64,000 bases of DNA from Candidatus Marinacidobacterales bacterium (GCA_965237955.1 OZ250169.1:5632001-5696000), one strand, 5' to 3'. Positions 8,297 through 18,722 are shown, counted from the stretch's first letter. Notes: generated by a model from the sequence alone, not told the origin. Made by a program: numbers and translations.

Positions 8297-9529
8297 ATGA
8301 AGAAGCTCCTTCTTGCGTTCGTGGCAATCTTGCTTGGGGCGGGTCTCTACTTCGGGGCGCGCTCCGTCGATCGCATGGCCGTCAACTACCTGACCGGACA
8401 GCGCCGTGTTGCGGGAGAAGGATTCTGGGGTGAACAGATTCCCGCCGACGGTCCGGTTCCCGGGTACGCTTTTCTCGGGTTCACCCGTCCTTCAGAGGAT
8501 CCGCCCGGGCTCCGCATCGTGCGTCTTTGGGAGATGGCGCGTGAGCTCGGTCTCACTCGCGGCGATGTCGTCACCGCTGTCAACGGCGAGACCTTCAACT
8601 CGGCGCAAGAGCTCATGGGCCACCTCGTGCAAAACTACACGGCTGGCGAGTCGGTTTCGGTCACGGCGGTGACCCCTGGGGAGAAGCCGCGCACGATGTC
8701 CATGCGGTTGCGCGCGTTCGTGCGCCACCCGGGCGATCTCGAGCTTCCTTACGAAGAGGTGGAGATCCAATCCGACAGCGGCTACCTGCTGCGTGGTTGG
8801 TTCGTTCCGCCTCCAGAGCGCAGCGACGGGCGCGTCGGCATTTTCGTCCACGGTGCGAACTCGTCGAGGTTTCAAGCACTCGAAAACGGTGCCAAGTACT
8901 GGTATCACCGCGGGTATGGTTTGCTGATGATGGATTTGAGTGGGCGGGGCGCGAGCGAAGGTGACTACATCACCTACACGGTCAACGAGCGCCACGACGT
9001 GACCGCGATGTTACGCTGGGGTCGCACCCATCCCGGAATCGATCCCCGGCGTGTGGTCGTGTTCGGGACGTCGAACGGTGCGGCGGCGGCCATCTATGCG
9101 GCCGTGGACGACGATGAGCTGCCCGCGCTTGCACTCGATACTCCGTTTGGAGATCTTTGGGATGCGGCCGGCAGCATGTTGAGCTCGCGGGGCGGCCACG
9201 CGGTGCTGCGGTATCCGCTTTTTCTCGCCGTACGGTGGCGGACCGGTATCGATCTCACCGATGTGCGTCCGGCGGAGGTCATCACCGACGTCAAAGCTCC
9301 GGTGCTGTTCGTCCATGGAGACGCCGATCGCCAAGTGCCACTCACGCATTCCGAGACCATGCATCAAGCTCGCCGCCATGCCGGACTCGCGAGCGAGCTC
9401 TGGGTGCTTCCCGGCGGTGAGCATGGCTTCGACAACTACCCGCCGGAAGGGATTTTTTGGAATCGAATCTTGGACTTTTTCGACCGGGCGCTCGGGGGAC
9501 CTCCTCCCGCGTGGGACCTGTCATCGTAG
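8297..9529 (+). CDS. Exported or membrane-anchored PDZ + alpha/beta hydrolase
   Basis: N-terminal hydrophobic segment; GLTRGDVVTAVNG (PDZ); GTSNG nucleophile, HGDAD and GEHG triad motifs. Confidence 0.85.
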   Translation: MKKLLLAFVAILLGAGLYFGARSVDRMAVNYLTGQRRVAGEGFWGEQIPADGPVPGYAFLGFTRPSEDPPGLRIVRLWEMARELGLTRGDVVTAVNGETFNSAQELMGHLVQNYTAGESVSVTAVTPGEKPRTMSMRLRAFVRHPGDLELPYEEVEIQSDSGYLLRGWFVPPPERSDGRVGIFVHGANSSRFQALENGAKYWYHRGYGLLMMDLSGRGASEGDYITYTVNERHDVTAMLRWGRTHPGIDPRRVVVFGTSNGAAAAIYAAVDDDELPALALDTPFGDLWDAAGSMLSSRGGHAVLRYPLFLAVRWRTGIDLTDVRPAEVITDVKAPVLFVHGDADRQVPLTHSETMHQARRHAGLASELWVLPGGEHGFDNYPPEGIFWNRILDFFDRALGGPPPAWDLSS

Positions 9530-9537
9530 AATCGAGC

Positions 9538-10266
9538 ATGGCCCTCAAAGATCTTCTCACCTCCGAAGGACGCCTCAAGTTCCGCATTCACAGGAGCACG
9601 AAGACGCTCCTCGAGCGCTACGCTCAGCACGAAGCCCGCATGGAAGCCGCAGACAAGCTGCGGGAGATCGGAACACCCGATGCGATCTTCGGCCTCGCGC
9701 GCCGCTTCTCCGCGACCGCGGAAAACCTCGGGACCGATCAAGAAGAAAAAAAGCGCATTCAGACCGTGCTCGTCGCGTTCGGCGACAAAGCCATCGAGCC
9801 GGTGAAGAAGTACATCCTCAACTACGACAAAGTGACCTGGGCCATCGACGCATTGAAGGAGCTTCAAGCCACTGAGGAAATCGAGCTCGTTCCGTTTCTC
9901 TTCGAAGTGCTGGCTGAGGGGGATCCGGTTCGTATCCGTGGCGAGAAGGCCCATCAGATTCTGAAGGCTCTCGAGACCCTCGGCGATCCAGACATCGTCG
10001 AAGGCGTTATCCCGTGCTTGTCGAGCCCCGACGATACCGTGCGCATCGCTGCCGTGGAATGCCTCGAGGTGTATGCGGACGAGAGAGCGCGCGAGCCGCT
10101 CCTCGAGACGCTCGTGAGGCCCGAGGAAGACTCGATGCGGGTGAGGACGAAGATCGGCGAAGCGCTCGAAAAGATGAACTGGGACGTCAAAGGGTACCGC
10201 AAGAAAGTGGAGAGCGCGTTGCCTGAACAGTTTCGCGTGACTTCTAAAGGACGCGTCACCCGATAG
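9538..10266 (+). CDS. HEAT repeat protein
   Basis: Repeated helical units such as DDTVRIAAVECL and VRTKIGEAL. Confidence 0.75.
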   Translation: MALKDLLTSEGRLKFRIHRSTKTLLERYAQHEARMEAADKLREIGTPDAIFGLARRFSATAENLGTDQEEKKRIQTVLVAFGDKAIEPVKKYILNYDKVTWAIDALKELQATEEIELVPFLFEVLAEGDPVRIRGEKAHQILKALETLGDPDIVEGVIPCLSSPDDTVRIAAVECLEVYADERAREPLLETLVRPEEDSMRVRTKIGEALEKMNWDVKGYRKKVESALPEQFRVTSKGRVTR

Positions 10267-10281
10267 CGTGGATATTTCCGC

Positions 10282-11720
10282 GTGAACATTCCCGTCTCGA
10301 CGGTTCTAGTCCTCCTTGTTTATCTCGCCGCGGTAACCGCCTTCGGCTCGTACCTGGGCCGCCGGCGTAAATCCGTCGACGATTATTTTCTCGCCGAGCG
10401 GAGCGTTCCCTGGTGGGCGATTGCTGCCTGCGTCGTCGCCACCGAAACGAGCGTTCTAACGTTCACGAGTGTTCCCGGGTTTTCCTACACCGGGACTGGT
10501 CGTTCCTGCAACTCGCGATCGGCTACGTTTTTGGACGGATGCTCATCGCTTTAGTTTTGATCCCGGCGTATTTCAAGGGTCAGGTTTTCACCTCGTACGA
10601 GCTTCTCAAAAATCGCTTTGGCCAGTCGGTTCGAAGTGTAGCTGCAGCGGTCTTTCTCGTGTACCGCACTCTTGCTGACGGCGTTCGCCTCCATGCCGCC
10701 GCACTCGTTGTGGCGATTGCGATCGGAGTGCCCGAGATCTATTGCATCCTCGTCCTTGCGGCGGTGATGATCGTCTACACGGAAGAGGGTGGGGTCAAGG
10801 CCACGATTTGGACGGACGCGATCCAGATGTTCGTATACGTTGCAGGTGCGTTCGTCGTGCTTGCCGCGATGATACGCGTCATTCCTGACGGCTCTGTCAG
10901 CGCCGCGCTTGCGGCGGCCGCAGACGTGGACAAGCTTCGCGTGATTGTGCCGTCGTTCGATTTGAGCGTGACCTATACCCTGGGTGCGGGCGTCATCGGC
11001 GGGATGTTCCTGACGTTGGCGACGCACGGAACGGATCACTATCTCGTGCAGCGGCTCCTGGTCGCGCGGAGCGCACGGGAAGCGAGCGTCGGGCTTGTGC
11101 TGTCGGGATTCCTGGTGATGGCGCAGTTCGTTTTGTTCTTGTTCATCGGCACATTATTGTGGAGCTACTACGAAGGCAGAGAGTTCGCACGCGGGGACGA
11201 CATCTTGCCGACGTTCATCGCCGCCGAGCTCTCCGGACCGCTACTGGGGTTTATCCTCGCGGCGGTGGTGGCGGCCGCGTTATCGCCGTCTTTGAACAGC
11301 CTCGCGTCGACGACGCTCAAAGACTTCTACATTCCCTTCGTCGAGGCGACATCAGATGGGATTTCGGATCGCCGGCAGATTCAGCTCGGGCGGGTATTCA
11401 CCGTGTTCTGGGGCGGGTTGCAGACGGTGGTGGCGATCTTCGCCCAACGCGCGGACTCGGCGCTCGAGGCGGGGCTCGCGGCGTTGTCGTTCGCCTCGGG
11501 ACCGACAGTCGGTGCGTTCCTTCTCGCGGTGTTGAACCGGCGGGCTTCGTCGTTCGGCGCGCTCATCGGAATGCTGTCAGGGCTCGCAGCACCGTTTGTC
11601 GCGAACCAGATAACACCGGTCGCGTGGACATGGAACGTGTTCATGGGAGCCGTGACCACGTTCGCGGTCGGGAGCCTGCTAAGCCTGCTAAGCCTGTCCA
11701 GCGTTCAAACTTCGAAGTAG
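10282..11720 (+). pseudogene. Sodium:solute symporter, split by a 1-bp frameshift at about 10492-10494
   Basis: N-part DYFLAERSVPWWA...ATETS (ORF 10282) joins DWSFLQLAIGY...GGVKATIWTDAIQ (ORF 10413) if one G is added to the GGG run; may be a sequencing error. Confidence 0.8.
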
Positions 11721-11907
11721 GGAAGGACCTCTTCGCCGAGTAGCCGGATCGCATCGCCTTCGTTGACGCCATGCGGGGTTCCTAGCAGCACGAGTTGGCT
11801 GCTGTTGCGCAGATCGAACCGTCGCCGACACTCATGCCGCAAACGGACCGGCCGCCGATCTCCGCGACGGTGACGCGAAGGTCATAGAGTGAAAAGGTGT
11901 CACTCAT
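11705..11907 (-). pseudogene. Deletion remnant: N-terminus of a TIGR04076-like protein plus a C-terminus like LLM-class oxidoreductases
   Basis: MSDTFSLYDLRVTV...SVCGMSVGD (ATGA overlap with upstream gene), then AIRLLGEEVLPYFEV* ending at 11705. Confidence 0.5.
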
Positions 11908-12683
11908 GGTCGACAAAACGCCATCAGGTGCCATCCGAGAGGACGGACCCAGGAGCGTGGCAGCGTGTTGAACGTGCCGACGAAGAGGTTGTTGAACGCG
12001 AACCCCTTCCATCCTCTGTGTAGTCGAGATTTGACCGGAAAACGCTCAGGCGCGATGCGCACGTCGCTGAACTCCGAAAGAAGAGCGCGGTATTCAGCGA
12101 TGGAGTATTTCTTCAGCACCGGGGCGTCTTCGTGCTCGAGCTCGACGTGCATCAGCCTTGATAGCCCGTTCAACCACGAGATGCGGTTGTAGACCATGAA
12201 GATGGCGACGCCATCGGGTCGCAGCACCCGGCGGCATTCAGAGACCATCTTTTGCGGCTCGGCCGTGTATTGAAGGACTCCGTGGCCGTAGACGACGTCG
12301 AACGCGTCGTCCTCGAACGGCATGTCTTCACCGTTGGCCAGCTCGAGCCGCATGGTGACCTCCGCTTGACGAGCGTTTTTCTCCGCGAGCTCGAGCGCCG
12401 TCTCCGAGAGGTCCACGCCCGTTACCTCCGCGCCGCCTTTGGCAAAGCGAACGAGATCGGTGCCGATGCCGCAGCCGAGTTCGAGCAGCTTCTTGCCGGC
12501 GTAGCCGTCGAAAGCGACGACGTTCGGCAGGTAGCGGAGCTTGTCGAATCGATACTCATCGAGATCGGCAAAGAACTCCGCCGTCCCCGGAGCATGTTCG
12601 GTTATCTTCAGGTCGTGGATGCGCTCGTTCCAATAAGTTTGAACGCGTCCAAGTAGGCTCTGCGCGTCGACAGCGTTCTCCAT
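11904..12683 (-). CDS. Class I SAM-dependent methyltransferase
   Basis: LLELGCGIG, GVDLS, FDVVY and RVLRPDG motifs. Confidence 0.92.
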   Translation of the reverse strand: MENAVDAQSLLGRVQTYWNERIHDLKITEHAPGTAEFFADLDEYRFDKLRYLPNVVAFDGYAGKKLLELGCGIGTDLVRFAKGGAEVTGVDLSETALELAEKNARQAEVTMRLELANGEDMPFEDDAFDVVYGHGVLQYTAEPQKMVSECRRVLRPDGVAIFMVYNRISWLNGLSRLMHVELEHEDAPVLKKYSIAEYRALLSEFSDVRIAPERFPVKSRLHRGWKGFAFNNLFVGTFNTLPRSWVRPLGWHLMAFCRP

Positions 12684-12721
12684 CTCGTATCGTGTCAGTG
12701 TCAGTGACCGGCTATTATAGT

Positions 12722-14440
12722 ATGCCGATGAGAAGAGACATCGCCGCGCTTGCGGACCGCGAGTTCGATCTCGTGGTAATAGGCGCCGGTGTCTATGGCG
12801 CTGCCATCGCATGGGACGCGTCTCTCCGTGGATTATCCGTCGCCCTCATCGACAAGGCGGACTTCGGAAGCGGCACATCATTCAACAACCTGAAGACGAT
12901 CCACGGCGGCATCCGCTACCTCCAGCATGCGGATTTCAAGCGTATGCGGGAGTCGGTGCGAGAGCGGCGCAACTTGATGCGCATCGCGCCGCACCTCGTC
13001 CATCCACTTCCGTTTCTCGTTCCCACGTATCGAGGGAGCATCATGAAGAGCCGTACAGCGATGCGGGTCGCACTCTTCGTCAACGATCTCGTGAGTTGGG
13101 ATAGAAACCGTATCCATGATCGGCAAAAACATCTCCCTGCGGGGAAAACGCTGACCCGCGATGGTTGTCTCGAGCTTGCTCCCGGCATCGAATCCGAGAA
13201 CTTGACCGGCGGCGTCCTCTGGCACGACGCGCAGATGCACAACTCGGACCGCCTGACCCTGTCGTTCGTGCTCTCCGCGGCCGAGGAAGGCGCGGTCGTG
13301 GCGAACTTCGTCGAGGCCACGGATTTACTCCGTGACCGCACCCGTGTCGCCGGAGTAGGAGCGCGCGATGTAGTCGCGGGAACGGAAGGGCTCGAGATAC
13401 GTGGCAAGCTCGTCGTGAACGCCTCGGGTCCTTGGGTCGATAGCCTCACTGGCCTCAACAGTACGAAACGCTTGTTCCATTTTTCGAAAGCGATGAACCT
13501 GGTGACGCGGCCCGTTGTGCGCGACGTGGCGATCGGTGTCGTAAGCCGCCGGCCCCACCGCGATCGGGACGCCGTCATCGACACCGGTGGTCGTTTTCTG
13601 TGCCTCATACCTTGGCGCGACGTGACGCTCGTCGGGACGGCACACGCGCGCTATGCGGGCACCGCAGACGATCTCGAAGCGACCGAGGAAGATATTCGCG
13701 ATCTTCTCGACGACGTCAACGACGCGTATCCGCAGGCACAGCTCAGCCGTGAGGACGTGCGTCTCGTGCATCGCGGTCTGCTGCCGATGGTGTCGGGAGC
13801 TAGAAACGGCTCCGGTGTGACCCTCGTCAAGAGCTACCAGCTCGACGATTCCGTCGAGGGGCTCTTGTCGATCGTCGGCGTCAAGTACACGACGGCGCGC
13901 GATGTCGCGGCGAAAGTCGTCGATCGTGCCCTCGCGCTCATGCGAAAGACGCACGTTGCGTCACGCTCAGGCAACACACCCGTAATAGGCGGTGACATCG
14001 AGAGCTTCGACGATTTCGTCGCGAGCGTCGAGGGTGACGTGCCAGACGACGTGGCGCGACATCTCGCCTATACGTACGGGACGCGCTATCGCGAAATCCT
14101 GGAGGGAGCCCTCAGCCCGAGCGCAGAGGGAGCCGAAGGCGAGTCTCGGAGCGAGAAGCCGTGGGGGTTGGGCCCCGCGGCATTCAAGGATGCCCGGGAG
14201 CGCGTCGTCGAGGGAAGCCCCGTCCTCGCGGCCGAAGTGCGCCACGCGGTGCGCGAGGAGATGGCCACGGACCTCGCATCCGTCGTGCTCCGGCGCACCG
14301 AGCTGGGAACGGCGGGCCATCCGGGCGCGGAATGCCTCGAGGCGTGTGCTGCGATTGTTCAGTCCGAGCTCGGCTGGAGCGACCAGCGCAAGCAGGAGGA
14401 GATCGATTCCGTCGAAGAGTTCTACCGCCGAAGAACCTAA
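12722..14440 (+). CDS. glpD: FAD-dependent glycerol-3-phosphate dehydrogenase/oxidase family protein
   Basis: VIGAGVYG, DFGSGTS, IHGGIRYL, VNASGPW, KYTTAR and LRRTELG motifs; ~27-aa insertion near the C-terminus. Confidence 0.85.
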   Translation: MPMRRDIAALADREFDLVVIGAGVYGAAIAWDASLRGLSVALIDKADFGSGTSFNNLKTIHGGIRYLQHADFKRMRESVRERRNLMRIAPHLVHPLPFLVPTYRGSIMKSRTAMRVALFVNDLVSWDRNRIHDRQKHLPAGKTLTRDGCLELAPGIESENLTGGVLWHDAQMHNSDRLTLSFVLSAAEEGAVVANFVEATDLLRDRTRVAGVGARDVVAGTEGLEIRGKLVVNASGPWVDSLTGLNSTKRLFHFSKAMNLVTRPVVRDVAIGVVSRRPHRDRDAVIDTGGRFLCLIPWRDVTLVGTAHARYAGTADDLEATEEDIRDLLDDVNDAYPQAQLSREDVRLVHRGLLPMVSGARNGSGVTLVKSYQLDDSVEGLLSIVGVKYTTARDVAAKVVDRALALMRKTHVASRSGNTPVIGGDIESFDDFVASVEGDVPDDVARHLAYTYGTRYREILEGALSPSAEGAEGESRSEKPWGLGPAAFKDARERVVEGSPVLAAEVRHAVREEMATDLASVVLRRTELGTAGHPGAECLEACAAIVQSELGWSDQRKQEEIDSVEEFYRRRT

Positions 14441-14471
14441 GCTAGGGGCCTTCGCGAGCCTTTGGCAGGCG

Positions 14472-15974
14472 ATGCGCTCGTCGCGCACCGCCGCGGTCGC
14501 ATTATTGTCGTTCTCGTCCGGTCTTCCCCTTGGTCTCGTCTGGTATGCGATTCCCGACTGGATGCGCGACATGGGTGTCGACATCCGTATCGTGGGTTTG
14601 TTCACGCTCGCGCAGGCTCCGTGGGCTTTCAAAGTCGTGTGGTCGCCGCTGATGGACCGTTATGTGCCACCTTTCTGGGGGCGACGGCGCGGCTGGATGG
14701 CCCTCACGCAGTTCACCCTGGCTGTCCTCGGGCTCATGCTCGCCGGGGTTGGAGATGAACCGGAAGCGATTTGGGTCGTCGGCGCGCTGGCCTTCGCGAT
14801 CGCCCTCGCCTCGGCGTCGTTCGACATTGCATACGACGCCTACGCCGTCGAAGTGCTCCGTAAAGAAGAGCAAGGCCCGGCGGTTGGAGCGAGGGTCGCC
14901 CTCTATCGGGCGGCCATGGTCGTCGCGGGCGGCGCCGCGATCACTCTTGCGGGACGTTGGGGATGGGCCACTGTGAATGCGCTCCTGGCACTCGCATACC
15001 TGCCGATGCTCTTGATTACGTGGAAGTCTCCCGAGCCCCGAGAGAAACAGCCCATCCCGACAACGTTGCGAGAAGCGGTATGGCAGCCGTTCATCGGGTT
15101 TTTGTCACGCCACCGCGCGCTCGAGATTCTGGCGTTCGTGTTTCTCTACAAGTTCGCAGATCAGCTCGCCCAGGCGCTGACACGCCCCTTTCTCATCGAC
15201 ATGGGTTACAACGCCGATCACCGCGGCATAGCGCTCGCCACGGTCGGGATGGTGGCGACCATTGTCGGAGCATTTCTCGGGGGTTGGGTCACGACACTCG
15301 TCGGACTCGGGCACTCCCTCTGGATCTTCGGAATCCTTCAGATCTTCTCAAATGTCGGCTATTTCATTCTGGCGGGCAGCGAAACGAATCTACCTCTCAT
15401 GTATGCTGCGACGAGCTTCGAGCTTCTCACGTCCGGCATGGGGACGGGAGCCTTCATGGTGTTGCTTTTGCGCATGACGCAGAGGCGTTTCTCAGCGACG
15501 CAATATGCACTCTTCTCGAGTCTGTTCGCGCTCCCGAGGCTGCTGGCCGGCCCCATCACCGGTTTCGTTGTCTACGTCATCGGGTGGCGCATGTTCTTTC
15601 TTTCGACGCTGGTGATGGGCATTCCCGGAATGGTTATGCTCTCTCGATTCGTTCCGTTGGGGACACGCGAGCCTCAATTCAAGGTCGAAGAGATCGAGCG
15701 CGGTGAGCCACTCTCGCCGCGAGCGCTCGCAGCTCGTGGCGTTGTCGGCGGGCTTCTCGTCGGTGCGATCGGAACCTTCACGGTGGCGATACTGGCCGCA
15801 CTCGATACGATGCTGGAGGAGCCCGATGTCGGGTTCGATCTCGCGGGAGCGTTCCAGGCGCTCGGCCGCCCCGAGGCGATCACAGATTGGATGCAGCTGG
15901 GTGGAATCGTAGCCTTCACATTGATCGGCGGACTCTTCACCGCAGGCGTTTTTGCGGCCCGTTCCAGGCGCTAA
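14472..15974 (+). CDS. ampG: AmpG-like MFS muropeptide transporter
   Basis: FSSGLPL, WAFKVVWSPLMD, GRRRGW, FLYKFAD and FSATQYALFSS motifs; start uncertain. Confidence 0.85.
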   Translation: MRSSRTAAVALLSFSSGLPLGLVWYAIPDWMRDMGVDIRIVGLFTLAQAPWAFKVVWSPLMDRYVPPFWGRRRGWMALTQFTLAVLGLMLAGVGDEPEAIWVVGALAFAIALASASFDIAYDAYAVEVLRKEEQGPAVGARVALYRAAMVVAGGAAITLAGRWGWATVNALLALAYLPMLLITWKSPEPREKQPIPTTLREAVWQPFIGFLSRHRALEILAFVFLYKFADQLAQALTRPFLIDMGYNADHRGIALATVGMVATIVGAFLGGWVTTLVGLGHSLWIFGILQIFSNVGYFILAGSETNLPLMYAATSFELLTSGMGTGAFMVLLLRMTQRRFSATQYALFSSLFALPRLLAGPITGFVVYVIGWRMFFLSTLVMGIPGMVMLSRFVPLGTREPQFKVEEIERGEPLSPRALAARGVVGGLLVGAIGTFTVAILAALDTMLEEPDVGFDLAGAFQALGRPEAITDWMQLGGIVAFTLIGGLFTAGVFAARSRR

Positions 15975-18112
15975 GACGTCGGTAGAACGATCGTTCTTAC
16001 CGTTCCCACGGCTTCGCGGGTCTCTTGAGCCCAGCTTCCCTGGAAATACTCGACGACGCTCTGCATGAGCTCGTTGGTCACGTCGGTGAGGCGGCGCTCG
16101 AGTGGCCAATCGAGAAATCGTGCCGGTGCCGACAAAGCGTTCGAGACGGCGATCAAATTGTCGAAGATGGAGATGCGCGCCCCGTTGGTGTCCGGCTGCA
16201 CGAGGATGCGGATGACCCCGCCGCCGGCACCTAACAATCGACGACGAGAGTTCTCGATGAGTGTGTACACGAGGCCCCGCAACAAGAATGGCTCTGCGTA
16301 CACGGGATGCACGCCCGACTTGATCTCGACGATGAAACGGATGCCCTCTTCAGTGAGGCCTTGCCCGAGCTCTTGGTCGAGGCGGGCGAGAAGCTCGGCT
16401 ACCGGCACGGGCTCGCGCCCGGGAAGCCCTCCCGCTCGGAGGTCGAGGAGCGTCTGCCGCATGAACTTGATATGCGATACGTGGCTCTCGATGTGTTGGA
16501 TTTCCTGCGCCAGCCAGTGGGGCGCGTCCGGACGCGAGCGCGCGCGGATCAGAGTTTGATCGATGCCGCCGAGCGGCCCGTCGAGACCGTAAGTCGCGCC
16601 TTCGGCGACACGGCCCCTAAAAGCACTCCGAAGACTTTGTTTGAGCGCTTCGGAGGCGTGCGCGTCCGAGATGACTTCGAGCGCCATCGTGAGCTCGAGC
16701 AAGACGCGCTCGAGGTGATCGATCGTTTCTTTGTTGGGCGCGGGCGCTTCCTGAGGCAGGTAGAACGTCATCAGGCCGAGTGCGTGCACCGGGGTTCGCA
16801 TCGGCACGGCGACGACGGCGACACAGTCCATGCCCGCGCGATCCATCGCGTCCTCCAGCGGACCGGCCTCGCCTCTGACTTGAAGCATCGGTCTTGCGCC
16901 ATCGACGATCGCTTGAGCGAGCGGACGCCCGCCTGGGGTCTTGGCGTTTTCGAGCGGATCCACCTGGAGTCCCATGCCCACGACTTGCTCGAAGTTCCCG
17001 TCGGGGCGAATGAGGCTGAGCGAGGCTTGCTTGCACCGGAGCGTTTTGGAGAGGGACTCGACCAGCCCTTCGAGCAGCACGGGCGTCTCGTCCGGCGTAG
17101 CCTCGAAGAGCTTTTTCGCAACGTCGGCCACGACGGTGAACGCTTCCACGCGCTTCGATTCGACCTCGGTTTGCTCCCTGAGCTCGCTGATGTGGTCGGC
17201 CAGGCTCGACGCAGCCTCGGCGTAACTCTCGACCATCGCGTTCGCCGACTTGGTGTCGAGCTCGATGGCCCCGGCGGGCGGCGAATGCACTGGTGGGTTC
17301 GAGCCTCCCAGCAGCGACGGAGCTTCGAGCGTTGACGAGGCCGGAGCCACTGCAGACAGCTTCGGTGCTTTGACCCGAAAGACTCTAGTTGGGGGTGGCT
17401 CCGCGGGCGGCTCGGGGACTTCTCCGGACTTTTTCAGTTCCTCTAGCGTCGTTCCGAAGATCTCCTCCATCGTTTTCGACGCCCACTCTTTGGCGGAGCG
17501 CGCATCTCCAATGTTCTCGCCGATCTTGTAGCGCGTCGCGAGCTCGGTCATGGTGGTCTCGAGTCCGGAGCCGAAGGTCTCGAGCACGCCCTTGCCTTCG
17601 GTTGCGACCGAAGGAAAGCTCGGCGCTCCCCGAGCGTTCAAGCCCCGCTCCATGATTTTCATGTCGGTCGTATCGGGCAGATCACGTTTGTTGTACTGGA
17701 AAACGACCGGGAGCGACGAAGGCTCGATGCCGTGGTCGAGGAGATACTCGGTCATCTCCTTCATGCTCTGGAGATTCTCCTGCCATCGGTCCGTGGCGGA
17801 GTTCGCGACAAAGACGATGCTGTCCGCGTTCTTGAGCAACATCTTGCGGGTCGCGCCGTAGAACTTCTGGCCTGGCACCGCGACGATTTGGAAACGTAGC
17901 TCGTAGCTCCGGAACGCGGGTGTGCTCAGAGGCAGTAGATCGAAGAGGATGGTGCGGTCCTGCGCGGTGTTGACGGAAACGAGCTCTTGCCGCCGGTCGC
18001 CCCGAGCGAGGCGATGCAACATTTGGAGCGTTGTCGTCTTTCCACCCGCGGCGGGCCAGTAGTAAAGAATCTTGGCGCGTAGGAAGCGCTCCTTGTGATT
18101 GATCTCGACCAA
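15971..18112 (-). CDS. MglA-like small GTPase domain fused to GAF-like and degenerate HATPase-like domains
   Basis: KILYYWPAAGGKTT, RTILFDLLP, VPGQ, VFVANS and QYNKRDLP; Pro-rich linker; AVPMRT..ALGLM (GAF-like); LIENS and ISIFDN (kinase-like). Confidence 0.75.
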   Translation of the reverse strand: MVEINHKERFLRAKILYYWPAAGGKTTTLQMLHRLARGDRRQELVSVNTAQDRTILFDLLPLSTPAFRSYELRFQIVAVPGQKFYGATRKMLLKNADSIVFVANSATDRWQENLQSMKEMTEYLLDHGIEPSSLPVVFQYNKRDLPDTTDMKIMERGLNARGAPSFPSVATEGKGVLETFGSGLETTMTELATRYKIGENIGDARSAKEWASKTMEEIFGTTLEELKKSGEVPEPPAEPPPTRVFRVKAPKLSAVAPASSTLEAPSLLGGSNPPVHSPPAGAIELDTKSANAMVESYAEAASSLADHISELREQTEVESKRVEAFTVVADVAKKLFEATPDETPVLLEGLVESLSKTLRCKQASLSLIRPDGNFEQVVGMGLQVDPLENAKTPGGRPLAQAIVDGARPMLQVRGEAGPLEDAMDRAGMDCVAVVAVPMRTPVHALGLMTFYLPQEAPAPNKETIDHLERVLLELTMALEVISDAHASEALKQSLRSAFRGRVAEGATYGLDGPLGGIDQTLIRARSRPDAPHWLAQEIQHIESHVSHIKFMRQTLLDLRAGGLPGREPVPVAELLARLDQELGQGLTEEGIRFIVEIKSGVHPVYAEPFLLRGLVYTLIENSRRRLLGAGGGVIRILVQPDTNGARISIFDNLIAVSNALSAPARFLDWPLERRLTDVTNELMQSVVEYFQGSWAQETREAVGTVRTIVLPTS

Positions 18113-18161
18113 AGTCTAGCCTGGCTCCTCTCGTTCCCGGCTGGTCACGCGTATGGCGGCG

Positions 18162-18722
18162 TCAGCACGTCGTGCGCTCAACCGGCTTGCCGTCGATGCT
18201 GTCGTAGGCGAGCCGCACCCGGCGCCTAGGCCCCGTCTCCGATTCGTAGACATCGCACTCGTTGTAAGGTTTGGAATAGAGGTGAAGGCTCGCCGCGTTG
18301 TCTCCGAACTCTTTCGGGTTCTCGACCGCGTGGATTTCGGCGGGGCCGTCGAGAAAACCTGCAGCGCCGTCCATGGGCGCGTTCACCAACTCGAGCAGAA
18401 TGGGCTCTTCCGAAACCCTACGAAAGTTCGTGAACCGGAGCCGGCCTCGTTCGACGCGAGCCCAGCAAAGCTCACCCTCGTGCCCGTGAATCGGCGCCTT
18501 CTGTCCGCTTCCCCAACTAATCACGAGGAGCTCGAAGTCTTTGTCTTTGTGGACCAAGTGTCGGGTATAGCGGTCCTCGCTATACGACACATATCGCTCG
18601 AGCGCTTTCGGCTCGACCAGCGTTTCTGATAGATAGGTGTGAATGTCTTCTTCGGGGAAATCGCGCTCGGCGAACGACTTGATGTCGTCGACCAGCTCGT
18701 TCATCGCGACATAGCGATTCAT
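18162..18722 (-). CDS. Cysteine dioxygenase family (cupin) protein
   Basis: YTRHLV, ISWGSGQKAPIHGH, IHAVEN and SLHLYS motifs. Confidence 0.88.
   Translation of the reverse strand: MNRYVAMNELVDDIKSFAERDFPEEDIHTYLSETLVEPKALERYVSYSEDRYTRHLVHKDKDFELLVISWGSGQKAPIHGHEGELCWARVERGRLRFTNFRRVSEEPILLELVNAPMDGAAGFLDGPAEIHAVENPKEFGDNAASLHLYSKPYNECDVYESETGPRRRVRLAYDSIDGKPVERTTC

Noticed and set aside
13992-14471. Long N-terminal extensions on ampG, terB, leuB, exeA and many long antisense ORFs
   Set aside because: Shadow ORFs typical of high-GC DNA; they overlap well-supported genes and lack family motifs
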